A stretch of 64,000 nt of DNA from Ginglymostoma cirratum. Taxonomy: Eukaryota. The notes beneath the pieces were generated by a model. The model did no database searches. It was given only the letters and a program-made list of their open reading frames with translations, and was not told the origin of the DNA. Location: positions 2,294,279-2,358,278 of the forward strand of contig JAHRHZ010000085.1 of NCBI GenBank assembly GCA_024137785.1, in the 5' to 3' direction. The translations under genes were made by a program, and so were the position numbers. Numbering within the stretch: the stretch's first letter is position 1; each line of letters begins with the position of its first letter. Below, piece after piece: positions 25,240-39,915 of the stretch.

Positions 25240-26730
25240 CTCCACCTGCCTACGTCTCACCTCTCTCTCTCTCTCTATCTCTGGACTCCTAGTCCTTTCA
25301 GTCTTCCTTACCCTGTCTCCTTCCTATATCCTCTCTGCTACCCCCACACTTTGTCACTGCCATTTTTTGTCCCACTGTCCCTTCTGCATTACTCTTTCTT
25401 GCCTTCTCTCTCTCCCTTTTTCCAACTGTCTCTCCCCACCTGTCACTGTTTCTTGCCCAATCTGCGTTATTGTTAGCACTTTTCCTCTTGCTCCCTCCCT
25501 CTCTACTGCTGTCGTACCTCACTATTTCCATCTATACCAAATATACACTCAATCTATCACCAATATTCCTCTCCCCATCTATTGCCCCTTCCCCACCTCC
25601 CTCAGCATCTCTCTCACCTGAACTACCCCACTTCCTTTATCCTCTGCCATTCCATCTGTCTCTATCTTACACTCATCCTGTCATTCCGATTCTCTTCTTC
25701 TCTCGGCCACCTCACTCATTCTCTCTTCCCCTGACCCTACCCAATACCCGTACCCTCTATCTCACACTCTCTCTCCTCACCTCCCCATCCTCTCTGCCTC
25801 AAGTCCCCATGCACTGTCACCCACATCCTTGCTCAATTACTCCTCCTTCTTTTCTCAGCCAGTTCTTCCTCCTCCTCCATCTCTCTTATTGTCTTTCCCT
25901 CACTGTATTCCTCCCTTCCTCCTTGTAATCTTCCTGTTGCCCTCTCTGTCTTCCTATTCACTCCCACACCCTCTCTCTGTCACTCTCACGCATCTCTGTA
26001 TTGCTTCAGCACTCCCTCCCAGTCCCCGCTAATCCTCACGTCCTCTCTATTCCCCTTATCCGCTCCATCTCCTCAGCTCTCTCTACCTCCCTGTCACACT
26101 CCCTAAGCTGCACTCTCACCCTCTTTTCATTACCCCCTCACTCTGTCCCTCTATCACGCCTTCACCTCTCACCAATCTCTGTTCCTACTGATGTCTTCCT
26201 TTTTATCTTTCTCTCCCTTCTCTTAGAGTTCTTATTTCTTTCTGTCTTTCACCATCTATCCTTCCCTTTCTCCTACTCCCCCCTCCCTTGACCCATCCAT
26301 CATTCTTACCCCTTGCTGTCTTCTACTCTTACTGCTGTCCCTCCCTCTGACTCCTTCTCCATTACCTTCTATCCCTTCCCTCAAATTTCCCACTGCTCCA
26401 CCACTCTTTCTCGTTCAAAAACTACCCCGATCCTATTCCTATCTCTCTGCACCATTTCCAAATTTCATTATCTCCCTTTCCCTTTCTATCTCTACCCTTT
26501 CCTCATTGTTCATTCCTACTTCATATTTCGCTGCCTCATCTACCACACTCCCTCCCTGACCCCACTCCTCTCGCTATCACTTGGTCTCTAGAAACATCTG
26601 CGTTGACCTGTCTTGCTCCATGCCAAATATTTCTCTCACTTTGTCAACCTCATCACCTTGCTCACCTTGAACTCTCCCTCTCCCATCCTCCAATTCCCAC
26701 ATACATGTATATTGTCCCTCTCAAAGTCTC
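25240..26730. repeat. Long polypyrimidine (CT-rich) low-complexity tract
   Basis: ~1.5 kb almost free of G on the + strand; inverted copy (GA-rich) at ~50200-52010. Confidence 0.9.
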
Positions 26731-26789
26731 ACATGTTATCTCCTCACAATTTTATGAAAGGAGATTTCATGAGTTTTTTTTACATAATG

Positions 26790-28570
26790 AAAAAGCAAGA
26801 GAATGGCAAGCGGATGGACTCCTGGGGAATGAGTGTGGAGAATTAGTATTGGGCAGCAAGAAATGGGGGAGAAACTGATTAGGTACGTTACCTCTTTCTT
26901 CACAGTGGAAGACACCAGCGGCAAACCAGTACTTCAAGAGAGTGAAGCGGAAAAGATAAGTGTAATGGAGATCAATAAGGCAAAATTACTGAGGAAGCTG
27001 AAAACTCTGAAGTTGGATACATAATGTAGACTAGATGGACTAAACCCGCGTTCTGAAGGAAATAGCTGAGGAGATTGTAGAGGCATTGGAAATGATCCTT
27101 CAGGAATCACTGGAGCAGGGAGGATCCCAGAGGACTGGAAAATAGCTAGTGGAAGACCCTTGTTTAAGAAGGGAGGGAGGCAGAAGATTGGAAACTATAA
27201 GCCAGTTAGCCTGGCCTTGGTTGTTGGTAAGTTTTTACAGCCCATTATTAAGTATGAGATTGTGGTGTACTTGGGCGTGGCTGGTAAATTAGGGCTGAGT
27301 CAGCACGGCTTCATCAAGGGGAGTTCATGCCTGACAGATCTTTCAGAATTCTTCATGGAGATAACAATCAATTGAGACAAAGAAGAGCCAGTGGACCTGA
27401 TTTATTTGAGTTTCCAGAAGGCATTTGACAAGGTACTGCACAGGATGCTACTAAATAAGAGCCCATGGTGTGAGGGGAAAGATACTGGCATGAATAGCAG
27501 ATCAGCTGACTGGCAGAAGGCAGAGAGTGGGGACAAAGCAGCCTTTTCCAGAATGGTAGCTCGTGACTAGTGGACCTCTGCAGTGGTTAGTGTTTGGATC
27601 ACTACTATTCATGCTTTCATTAACTGTCTGGGAAAAGGAACTGAAGGAATTGTTGGTATATTTGCAGAAAGCACAAAGATAGGATGGAAGGACGGACACT
27701 GTTGAGGAAGAGCAAGGCTGCAGGAGGACTTGAACGTGCTAGGCGAGTGGGCAAAGAAGTGGCAGATGGAGTACAATGTGGGAATGTGTGAGGTTATGCA
27801 GTTTGTGGGAAGAATGGAGGCACAGCCTGTTTTCTAAATGGTGAAATGCTTCAGAAACCTGAAGCACGAAGAGACTTGGGAGTACTGGGTCAGGACTCTC
27901 TTAAGGTTAACATGCAGGTTCAGTTGGTGGTTAGGGAGTCAACTGCACTGTTTGGATTCATTTCAAGATTGGTAGAATACATGAGCAGAGACTGTACGCG
28001 GTTTGGTCAGACTACAGTTGGAATACTGTTAGCAGTTTTGGGCCCTGTATGCAAGGAAGGATATGCTGGCATTGGAGTGATTCCACAGGAGGTGTACAAG
28101 AATGATCCTGGGTATGAAGGGCCTGTCGTAAGTGGAGCAGTTAAGGATGCTGAGTCTATATTCAGTGGAATTTAGAAGGATGAAGGGGATCTCATTGAAC
28201 TTTACAGAATACTGAGACGTCTAGATAGAATGGATGTGGAGAAGCGGTCTCCACTTGTAGGAGAGGCTAGGACCCGAGGCCACAGCCTAGATTGAAGGAA
28301 TGACTCTTTAGAAATGAGATGGGGAGGAATTTCTTCATCAGAGTGCACTTAATCTGTGGAACTCATTGCTGCAGACTGTTGCGGAAGCAAAGTTATACAG
28401 TGCTTTTAACCATTCGATAGATAGGTTCTTAATTGGTAATGGGATCAAGGGTTACAAGAATAAGGCAGGAGATTTGGGTCCAGAAATAGATCAGCTGTAA
28501 TTGAGTGGCAGAGCAGATTCAGTGGGTCAAATGGTCTAATTCTGCCTCTGTATCGATTGGTCCAGCGGTC
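26790..28570 (+). mobile_element. Degraded CR1 LINE
   Basis: FKKGGRQKIGNYKPVSL and QHGFIKG motifs; many stops. Confidence 0.88.
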
Positions 28571-30639
28571 TTATGAAGTTTTTACAACAATTCACATGGT
28601 TGCCATTGGACACACATTTATCTCCAAATTTTGAATGCAAAATTCACCATTCCATGGTGTGATTTGAACCCATGTCCCCAGAACATTGACTTGGGATTCC
28701 TAATTCCTTATCCAGTGACATTACCATCATGTCACCACCTCACGTATCAAATCGGTTGTTGCCTTTTATTTCAAAGTAAATGGAATATAAAAACAGGGAA
28801 GTCTTGCTAAAATTAATTAGGCCACACCGAAGTAACGGTGAACAATTTTGTCCAATTATCTGAGGAAATATGCATTGACATTGGAGGCAGGCTGAAGAAA
28901 GTTCACTGTGTTAATCCTGACATGTAAGAATGTTCTTATGAGGAGAATTTGAATAGGCTGGGCCTGTCCTCGTTACAATTAGAGGAATGAGAGGCAAACT
29001 TCTTAAACAATACAATATTCTGAAGGGGCTTGGTGCTTTTATGCAGAAAGGTTGTGTACCCCTGTGGGATAGTCCAGGACCAGACGGCATAATCTCAGAT
29101 TTGAGTGGTGGCCCAGGTGCAACAGAGTTGAAGGGAAATTTCTTCCCTTGAGGTTAGTGAATCAATGGAGTTTATTTACCATTGACAGCTGTTGACATTG
29201 GACCAAGCAGTATACTCAAGGCTACAATCAAAATATTTTTAATCAGAAGACAGTCAAGACCTATGGTTAAAAAGTCAGTAAAGTGGATTATCAGATCAAC
29301 CATCATACCATTGAATAGCAAGCAGGTTTATTGGGCCAAATGGTATTAGAATTACAGAATTTGTACACTGCAGAAAGAGGCTATTTACCCCATCGAGTCT
29401 GCACTGAGTCTCCAAAGAACATCCCACCCAAACTCTGACTCTGTCTCCAGATCCTTGCATTTAACCATGGTTAATACATGTAGTCGACAAGCCCTGGACA
29501 CTACAGACAAGTTAGCATGGCCAATCCATTTAATATGTTCGAATTTGGACTGTGAGAGCAAACTGGAGCACCTGACAAAAACCAAAATAGACACGGAGAT
29601 GATGAGCAAACTTCACACAGACAGTCACCTGAGACTGAAATCTAACCCCGGTCCCGGGAGCTATGAGGAACAGTGCTAACCACTGAGCCACCATTCCTTC
29701 TTCTCCGATATGGTATGGTGTCTATCTCTGTGGAATTCAAGCTTTTATTGAATAATTCATCCTCCTTTCTTTTTCTTTCTCCTTAAATTCCATTTCAAGT
29801 TTTGTTCATTGACTTACATTTGCATTGCTCCAATTCATCTTTCACACACTGCTCACGATCCACTTTTTCTTTCTCCTCTCTTTCCCTGTATGTTTTCCTT
29901 ATGAATCATTTCTTTTCATTTTGATTTATCTTTCTCCACGAAATTTTTTTGTCATTTGTATTTGTATCTTAGTTTCTTCCAGTTTTGAAGTCAAAATTTC
30001 TGTTTCCCTTCTTCCATTTGGAAATATTGAATAATGATTTGAAATTCCGCATCATTTCATAATCCTGCTTCGACTCCGATCTCCAATTTATTGATGATCC
30101 TTCTTAGTTTAGCATTAGCCAAGTTTTTTTGTTATCCACTGTTATACATTCCACTTCCACAAAACTCTTAACAGCATTCAAAACCATCTTCAAAGTTCAA
30201 AGAATTGCTTTGTTGTGGTGAGGTTTACTGATTGGAACAAGCAAATACCAGCAACCGAGGAAAGATCCATCTGAAGACCTTTAGAAAGCTGCTGTGGTGA
30301 TGTTACCCGAGGCCCACCGAAACATGTTTGATCGGAAGCACGGCACAATTCAAACCCAAGTGCCCAAAATATTATTTGTTACTCCAGGTTACTATTTCAG
30401 ATAACACCACTGTCATCTTCCTGATAATTGATATGATCAATCCAGCCAGTTCCTGTCTGGGAGCTGACATATTCAACAACAACATTACTGGGATTACAAC
30501 AAATGATGGCACTTGTGGAATTGAATACCCTAATTTTTAAAAAAAGAACGTAGACTTCACGTTAACAGTACTCTTCATTGTGTTGTGTGACACTATCATC
30601 GTTCAATAGGGTTATTTGTTCAGACCTAGCAGCTCAAGA

Positions 30640-32740
30640 CTGGGCATCGATGAGACATTGCGGGAGATCAGCAGCAGCAGAATTGTGTTTTAACGCAGTC
30701 TAAAAACTCATGGCCTGGCATAGCCTCACTCTAACATTATCATGACACAAAGTGCAGTGCAGAAGGTCATGCCAGGACCAGCACCAGGCCTACCCATAAA
30801 TGCAGTGAGGTGACCAAACAGGACTACATGTGTGCCAAATAGTATACACATTAAATGATAGACAGAGCTAAGGTATCCCTCAAACAACGATCTCAGCTCT
30901 GCAGTACGGTCACATCCAGTAAAGAACAGTGGTGGACAACTAAACAACTCACTGCAGGAGGGGAAGGCTCCACATGCATCTCACCCTCAATAACAAAAAC
31001 AGCCCAATGCACTAGTGCAAATAATAAGACTGAACCATATGTTGCAGCCTTCATCAGAACTACCTAGTGGGTCTTTCTTCTCAGCCTCCTTCAGAGAATC
31101 CTTTCACAGATGCCAGTCTTCAGACAGACAATTCGATTCGCTGTATGTAATGTCAAAAAAACAGTTGGAGACAATATACACTGCAAAGACTATAGGCCCT
31201 AACATCAACTCAGCAATAGTACAGAAGACAAGTGTTGCAGATAATGAGCACCCTTAGTCAAGCTGTTCCAGAACAGCTACAAAAAACTACCTGACAACAT
31301 GAAAAATTGACAAGGAAATTTCATATATCAAAAGCAGGATAAAACCAAACCGATCAATTATTGTCCCATGCCTACAGTCGATCATCAGTAAGGTGATGGA
31401 AGATGCCAACAACAATGCTGTCATGTAGCATCTGCCGAGCAATGACCTGCTGTGTGATATTCAGATTGCCCAGAGGCACTCAGCTCCTGATCTGATTACA
31501 GCCTTTTTTCGAATATGGACAAAAGAGCTGAATTGCCAAGCTGAAGTGAAAGCGGCAGTCCTTGACATCAAGTCTACATTCGACTGAGTGCGGCATCAAG
31601 GGCCCCAAGCAACCATGGAATCGATGGGAATTGGGGCATAGCTCTCCATTGGTTGGAGATGTACAAGGCACAAAGTAAGATGGCTGTGTTGGTCAAACAT
31701 CAGTCATTACCTGTCCAGGAATGTCTGCAGGAGATCTTCAGGGTAGTGTCCTAGGCCCAAACTTCTACACCTGTTTCATTAATGATCTTCCCTCCATCAT
31801 AAGATGAGAATAGGGGACATTCATTCACGATTTCACTGCAGTTAGTACCACTCACTGATCAGGTATTGAAGCAATCTGTATCTAAATTCAGCAAGCCCTC
31901 TACAATATCCACTTTGTGCGAATAAATAGTAGGAAAGCATTTGCACCACACAAATGCCAGGCAATGGCCATCTCCAGTAAGAAACAATTGTGCCGTGCTT
32001 CCGATCAAGCATGTTTCAGTGGGCCTCGGGTAACATCACCACAGCAGCTTTCTAAAGGTCATCAGATGGACATTTCAATGTCATTTCCATCATTGCATCC
32101 CTCACTGGTAACACCATGGGGTTTACCATTGACCAGAAACTGAACTGAACTATCCATTTAAATACAGTAGCTACAAGAGTAAGCCAGAGGTGAGGAATCC
32201 TGCAGTGGGTAACTTGCCTCCTGCGTCTCCAAAGACTTTTCACCGTGGATACGGCACAAGTCAAGAGTGTGATATAATGCTCCACACTCACCTGGATGAG
32301 TGCATCTCTAACAACACTCAAAAAGCTGGATACCCCTCCCCAGGACAAAGCAACCCACTTGTTTCGCAACCCACAAATACATACTCCCGCCAGTACTGAT
32401 GCTCAGTAACATCAGTGTGTTTCATCCACAAGATGCCCACTAAAATTCCTTAGACTTCACCTTGGAAACACACAACCACTTCTGTCTCAAAGGACAATGG
32501 CAGCAGATATGTGGGAACACCACGAGCTGAAAGATTCCTTTCAATCCACTAGCTATCCTGACTTGGAAATATATTACCATTCCATCACTGCCACAAACTC
32601 CTCAAATTCCTTCTCTCATGGCATTATGGGCCGGCTGACAACATATGGACAGCAGTGGTTCAGGAAGGCAGCTCAACTTCTCAAGGGCAACAAGGAATGG
32701 GCAATAAATGTCGGTCCAACCAGTGACAAGCACATCTCAT
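30640..32740 (+). mobile_element. Degraded LINE of a second CR1/L2-group family
   Basis: LDIK..FD and QGSVLGP remnants; gggcaataaatg 3' tail shared with fragments at ~20480-20740, 33925-34680 and 55750-56040. Confidence 0.75.
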
Positions 32741-35700
32741 AACTGAGTTTTCACAGAAAATATATTGTGCTTAATTTACATGATGTATTATTTCACGGAA
32801 ACACATGCACATCATGATGCTAATTCATCTTGTTAAAAACATTCAAAAATAGTTTATTACACACAAGATTGCACACAAGTGTGGCATGGTGGTCGGTGGT
32901 TAGCACTGCAACCTCACAGCACCAGGAACCGGGGCTTAATTCCACCCTTGAGCATCTGTCTGTGTGGAGTTTGCGTATTCTCCCTATGGCTGCATATGTT
33001 TCCTCCAGGCTCTCCAGTTTCCTCCTTTCCTCATTTCCACAGAATGACTGACATTTCACCACCATAGCCATCTTACTTTGTGCCATGTCCATCTCCAATG
33101 AGTGGAGATCTATCCCCTGAGTGACATTGAATTCATGTTTGCTAGGTGTCCTTGATGCCATTTTCAATCAAACATCCAGGGATGTGCAACTTATATGGAT
33201 TGGCCATGCTAAGTTACCCAAGGCGTCCAGGAACGTGCAGGCTCAGTGGATTAGCCACAGTAAATGCAGGATTATAGGGATAGGGTGAAGGGGTGAGTCT
33301 GGATGGGATACTCTTCAGAGGATTGGTGTGGTCTCGATGAGTCATTTGGCCTGCTTCCACACTGCAGGGATTCTATGATTCTTCTATTCAACATGAAGAG
33401 AAAATACAATAATACAAGCTATTTACACATGTCACATTTAACTGTTTAGAAAAACATGCCATGAATATAATCCCATCACTTTACTATGCTGCAACACCAG
33501 AAAGCGTTTTCCTCACTCTCACATCTATAGGTTTGCCTTAACTGCTTAATTCAATTTCTGTGATGAGACAGTCATAGCCTCTCACTCGTGATTATTCACA
33601 CAAACATAGTTAGATATTCTCAGCTTGAAGTATCACCTTCAAGGTTCTGACCAAAGATTTAGGGTCTGGAATTTTGAACGTAAATTCCTTAAACTGAGAT
33701 AAGCTATTTCCTAACTGTTCTGAACTGACTCCTTTTTTGAAACATTATAATCATGCTTGTTCTTCATGGTCATGGTTTACATTACCCAAGGTTTCCAACT
33801 GAGTATGTACTTTTAGAGTTATAGCATCATAGCCTTACGGAGATGGATAGCACACAAAAAGGCCCTTTAGCCCATCATACCTGCATTGGTCAAAAGCAAT
33901 CCCCTTACTATTCTAATAACATTTTTATTTATTCATTCATGGGATGCAGGCATTGCTGGCTGGTCAGAATTTATTACTGTTCAGTAGTTGCTCTTGAGCA
34001 GGTGTTGATGAGCTGCTTTCTTGAACGACTGCCATCCCTGTGCTGTAGGTTGACCCGCAATGCCTTCAGTGAGGGAAATCCAGGATTTTGACCCAACATC
34101 AGTGAAGGAATCATTGTATTTTTCCACATCAGGATGGTGAATGAATGGAGTGGAACTTGCAAGTGGTGGTGTTCCCATTTACCTGCTGCCCTTGTCCTTC
34201 AAGGTGGAAGTGATCATGAGTTCGGAAGGTGATACTTGAGGATGTCTTGGCTCGTCAGCCCAAGCCTGGGTATTGTCTATATCTTGTTGCATTTGAACAT
34301 GGACTGCTTCAATATTTGTGGAGTAGTGAATGGTGGTGAACATTTTGCAATCAATGGCAAATGTCCCCACTACTGGGCTTATGATGGAGCACAGGTCATT
34401 GGTGAAGCAGCCTAAGCTGGTTGGGCCTAGAATACTCCCATGAGGAACTCCTGTTAAGACATCCTGGAACTGAGATTACTGACCTCCACCAACCATAACC
34501 ATCTTCCAATGCGCCCTGTAAGACTCCAACCAGGAGAGATTTTGCCCCGGTATCCATTGATTCCAATATTTCTAGATCTCCTTGACGCCACTCTTAGTAG
34601 AATGTGCCTTGGTGTCAAGGGTTGTCACTCTCATCTCATGACTGGAATGCAGCTCATTTGTCCATGTTTGAACCAAGGCTATAATTGATTTCCAGCACTT
34701 GGTCCATTTTTGATTGGTTGCACCCACTAGATGGTCTCCTGATCACAGACATCATACTGTTGCATCTTCTACAGCAAATATTTATCCTACGTTGGATAGT
34801 GATGTCAAAACCATGTGCAGTATTGCAACTGAGAGCTCATAAAAACCTTTTGCACTTGCACGAGTTATTCATTTGATTCAGACATCTCACTACCTTTAAT
34901 AAAGGGTAAAATATTGTCCTCCTATTTACAGATTCATTTTCAGAAACTGTGCAACTGTGTCAAAAAATATCATTTTTCAACTATCCTCTGATACATTCCT
35001 GCAATGTGGAGTACTGATGCTTTAAAAGTTAAACAATACATTGTCAGAAACTAAATTGGTGAAATCATATCTGCAAAGATAAATTACTGAATAGTCAGAA
35101 TACTTCTATCAGCTAGTTAAGAGTACTGAATCCAGAATACTAAAGTATTTGACATTATTGAGTTTGGATGTCGCTATGACCATGGACATGCTTATAAATA
35201 CCTACCTGTTGAAAGAGGTACGCAAGGACTGGTGTAGATTAAAGGTGCACCATGTGTAAACAGAGATTTACATGTTGCTGATCCCAACTGGTGTCTTCTT
35301 TTATCCCGATCAATCAGACATCAGGTAGGAATCTGGCTTGATTGACATTAACTTTATTTGTTTGGTTTAACAAAGTGTCATCACATGGAAACAAAGTTGC
35401 AAATTTTGCTTTATCAACAAAGCAAGTGCATTACAAAAGAGCAAAGATCAAATAGAATGATTCAAATTTTCAATTTCCAATACAATTTTAAAAATGCTAA
35501 GCACACAGTTCAATGTATAATCCATTTAATCACAAAACATCCCTTTCTCAATTGGTAAGAAAGAAATTAGCTTGTGAGTGGTACCCCCCGCAAAAAAAAC
35601 AGTGCAATTCCCAATGTACCACACATGTAACACAATGCAAGTTGTTTGTATCTGACATCTTGGTAGGTTTAAGTAACTTGCCATGACAAATTTTAGACTG

Positions 35701-38700
35701 GAGCTGTGATAACATCTTCCTGGAGCTAACATACACCTGAACTTCTCAGAACTTATGCTAAGTCAGATCTTTTAGTTATCCTATCACTTCTGTTTCTTTA
35801 ATGAACACAAACTCTGAACTTCAAGGCAATCTAGTTCACTATATATGTCACATTACATCCATCCTTTTCCAAGAGCTTCACAGGACTTCACTACTCAAAG
35901 GTTCTCTCTCAGTAATGTTACATTTACCTCAATCTAAAACAAAATAACTTCCAATCCTCTCTAACGAACATTTGATAACCCATCGTTCATTTTTGGAATT
36001 GTGCATTCAATTTACAAGGATTTTGCCAGGGTTGGAGGTTTTGAACTACAGCAAGACCTGAATAGGCAGGCGCTATTTTTCCTGGAACATCAGAGGCTGA
36101 GGGGCAATTATAGAGGTATATAAATCGTGAGTGGTGTAGATAGAGTGAATAGCCAATGCCTTTTTCCCAGGATAGGTGATTTCTCAACTAGAAAGCATAG
36201 GTTTAAGGTAAGAGGGGAAAGATTTAAAAGGGATTTAAGGGGTAAATTTTTCACACAGAGGATGGTGCTTGTATGGAATAGCCGTCACAGGAAGTGTTGG
36301 AACCTGGAACAATTACAACATTGAAAAAGCGCCTGGATGGGTACATGAATAGGAAAGGCTTGGAGATATATGGGTCAAATGCTGACAAATGGGATCAGAT
36401 TAATTTAGGATATCTGGTTGGCATGGACAAGTTGGATTGAAGGGTCTATTTCTGTGTTGTACAGCTGTGTGACTCTATTGCTCTATTACTAATGTTGTTA
36501 GTTTGCAAGGAATTTTTGACAAAAAAAATCCATGAGTGCACAGAACCCATTCATCCTACAACTATGTCGTGTAATCTGTTTTTTTAAAGCATATGTCATG
36601 GTGGAAACATCTCCCAAGTTAATTATTAACTTCAAATACAGAACTTAAAAATAGCCAGTTTGTAACACAAAATCAGAAGCTTAAGCTCGCACTCAACATT
36701 ATGTATATTTAAATCCTACAGGGAAGTGTAGGACTGAATCAGGAATAACTTGAGTGGAAAAATATACCTGCTTTACTTATCATAATAATGTAAACCTTGA
36801 TATTTAGTTTTTACTGCAGTAAAACAATCAGCACAACACTCCTGAAATTTTGACTGACACAAATATGAAAACAGAGTAGCTGCAGTACTGCAGAAATGCA
36901 AAGGAAAATGAGGATTATAGACATTAAATGGTCTTGACTTGTCAAGATGTTTGTTTCTGAGATGCTGCAAGCATCTTTGTAGGGAGGTGTTTTGTTGAAA
37001 AGTGTTGGTCGTCATTAGAGGTGGGTTATCAAGGTTGAAACATTAGGAGAACATTGGAATGAAGGAGCACTACTATTTGTTACATGCACTTTAAAAGTCA
37101 TGTTTGAGTCAAAAATATTGCCAATTAACGAAGTCAAGGAGGCATTGGCAGTATGGTCATGTTGATGGTGCAGTACATCATTGAACCACAACAATGTTCT
37201 GAGATCATGGGGTAAGATTCCATGATGGCAGAAGGGGAAAATTGGATTCAATTTACAAATCCAGAATTGAAAATTAGTCTAATTTCATAGAATCGCTACA
37301 GCGTGAAAACAGGCCCATCAGCCCAACAAGTCCACACCAACCTTCAAAGCATCCCACCTAGATCCACCCACTGTAACTCACTGAATCTACTCATTCCCTG
37401 TACACTATGAGCAATTTACCATGGCCAATCCACTTAGCCTGCACATCTTTGGATTGTGAGAGGAAACTGGAGCACCTGGCGGAAACCCACGCAGACACAG
37501 GGAGAAAATGTCAACTCCACACAGACAATTGCCTGAGGGTGGAATCGAACCCAGGTCCCTGGTGCTGTGAGCCACCGTGCTGCCCATTATGTTGGTGGGA
37601 GAACTATAGGGGATTGAGTCAGGTTGGGAAATTGGAGTTGATGTGGGTCATGATCAGCTTCTCGAAGCATTCCATGATTATTGAAGTCAGAGCTATTGGA
37701 CAAACATCATTAAGGCACACTGCATGTGTTTGTGATCATGTTTCATAATTGTGATCATGTAACACTCGTGAATTTTGTAAAAACATTTTGGGATTATTAA
37801 CGCGCATTACAGAAGGAAATGTACCGATCCTTATTAGCTCTGACCTGAATGTGACTCAAGAACCAATGTCATGTGGTTGACTCTTAATGGCTCCCTAAAC
37901 ATTCCTCACAAGCTAACATGCAAGTAGGAGTGGGAAATAATTGGAGCCAATTATCACTTGGGCCTATTTAGCTTCACAAAAGAAAAAAAAAGGCATTGAT
38001 ACTTCTGCAGAACAAGCATGACATAGACAGCACTGATAAAATCAGAATTGTTGCTTGAATGATAATAGCTCGAACAAAAAAGTCAAATCAAAAAATATAA
38101 TAAAACATCAACAAATTAAAAAGATTAAAACAATGAACAACTGATACATAAGTTTGACACAGTAAAAACCATCCTACGCTGAAAGAAAAGACAAAAGGAA
38201 ATGAAAATATCAGTATTTTCATGATGTAACTAGCAGTGAAATGGTGAGAAAAATATGCCAGTTTAGGAGCTCTTAGAAAGCTATTCAAAAACAACAATAT
38301 TTACTTCTTAGGTGAAACATAACAGAGAGTTCTAGAGATTTATGAGTTTAGTAGTTTGAATGAAGCCAGTTGCTATCTCAAATTGTGCATGTTAAACAAG
38401 TTTGAAGGCAAAATAGATTTAGTTCATGAGACATTAAAAGAAGACAAGAAGTGAATGACTGCTTTTTGAAAGCGATGAAAGACCACAAAGAGGACTGCAC
38501 CAGACAGAAATGGATACGAAACACCCATAATACCAATATCTCTTCATTTTGACTGTGCATTTTTAAATTTGGCTGCTGGCTTTCACTGCTGCATACGATG
38601 GAGTTGCAGTTTTGTGTTCTGGTTTCAAGGTGAACTTGGGACCATTCAATTTCAGAGCAGCATACGTCACCTGGCTTTTTCTCATTCTGTCTTTGGTCTG

Positions 38701-39139
38701 TAAAATTACATTGAAAGTAATTCATTTTTGCTTTGAATTTCATCAAAAGCTAAGAACTTTTCACTGTTGTTCAGAAACCAAATGATTATAACTAAGAAAA
38801 TAATTACTGTATTCAAACATATGACCAGAAAAGTACCTCTGCATGTACTGTTCTTTCATCCTGGAGCTTAGGAATATTAGCATCCTGTGAGTGGACCAGT
38901 TTAAGATCAGCATACGTTAATCTGTCTTCAGATGTCTCTTTTTGCCTCTGGTAAGTTAAAGCTTAAAATCCATGAATTTATGTTTTCTGGAGTCAAGAAT
39001 CAACATTGCATAGTAATCAATAACAATTATTTTGTCTCATTGAGTTTGCTAGCATTCTGTTACATTCTTAATAGTTGAAATCCTCTGTATCCAATCTCCA
39101 TCACTTCACTGGACAAAAATGAAAGCTGCCTCATTGTCT

Positions 39140-39326
39140 GATGATGTGGAGGTGCTGGTGTTGGACTGGGGTTGACAACGTCAGAAACCACATGACACCA
39201 GGTTATAGTCCAAAAGATTTGTTTGAAAACACAAGCTTTCAGAGCCTCACTTGTTCTTCAGCTATCTGAAAATGCAACTGCAAATACTCACTCTCTCTCT
39301 CTGTCTCCCATTCACACACACACACA

Positions 39327-39364
<38 letters not shown>

Positions 39365-39915
39365 CACACACACATGCACGAACACACGTATATAAATGCA
39401 CACACACATGTGAATCTATGGGGTGAATTTGTATTTGCAGATCCATTTTATTTCGGTCAAAAAGCACACAATTTATAGGCAGTCAGTCAATGTGTGGCAT
39501 TTTATAAATTATTACTTTAGAGATAAAGCCAGTCTGACTCCAAACCAAAACACAATTCTAAGCAAGGCCTCACATCTAACATGCATTGTCTGATATTAAA
39601 TGTCATCTTTGCTTTGCACGAATAAATCCTTTAGTTGTCTCAGAACAGTGACTTGAAAGGAATTTAGGGATTCACATGGGGATATTAATCAATTAAAACC
39701 TTCTAACTGATTGAAGATTTAACAGCACCTCAGGTTTGTTTAATATATCCTGATTAGTAGTGTTTTACTAATTTTTTAATGTTTTACATATAAATTCTCT
39801 GCCTGATACTGCCTCTCTCACTAACACTTGAAGAAGGACTGAGGCTCTGAAAGCTTGTGTTTTCAAATAAACGTGTTGCACTACAACCTGGTTGTCTTGT
39901 GATTTTTGACCTTGA
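39140..39915. mobile_element. Non-autonomous Penelope-like element with inverted ends and internal (CA)n
   Basis: caccaggttatagtccaa...ttgcactacaacctgg inverted ends; same family as the flanks of 21630-23955. Confidence 0.7.
39313..39410. repeat. (CA)n microsatellite
   Basis: Direct inspection. Confidence 0.95.

Larger units (their letters stand above)
11100..27540. repeat. Left arm of large inverted segmental duplication
   Basis: Reverse complement matches ~49398-63810 colinearly (CR1, pyrimidine tract, Penelope, SINEs, leader-V-C1). Confidence 0.9.

Noticed and set aside
25211-26591. Many long L/S/P-rich ORFs (also 50672-52125)
   Set aside because: Artefacts of the stop-poor low-complexity tract.
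29750-30535. Possible decayed coding sequence (E/K-rich on the minus strand)
   Set aside because: Stops in all frames read and no motif recognised; needs BLASTx.
38378-38746. 122-aa ORF in the track
   Set aside because: Wrong frame; the spliced phase-0 frame gives the ITIM exon.
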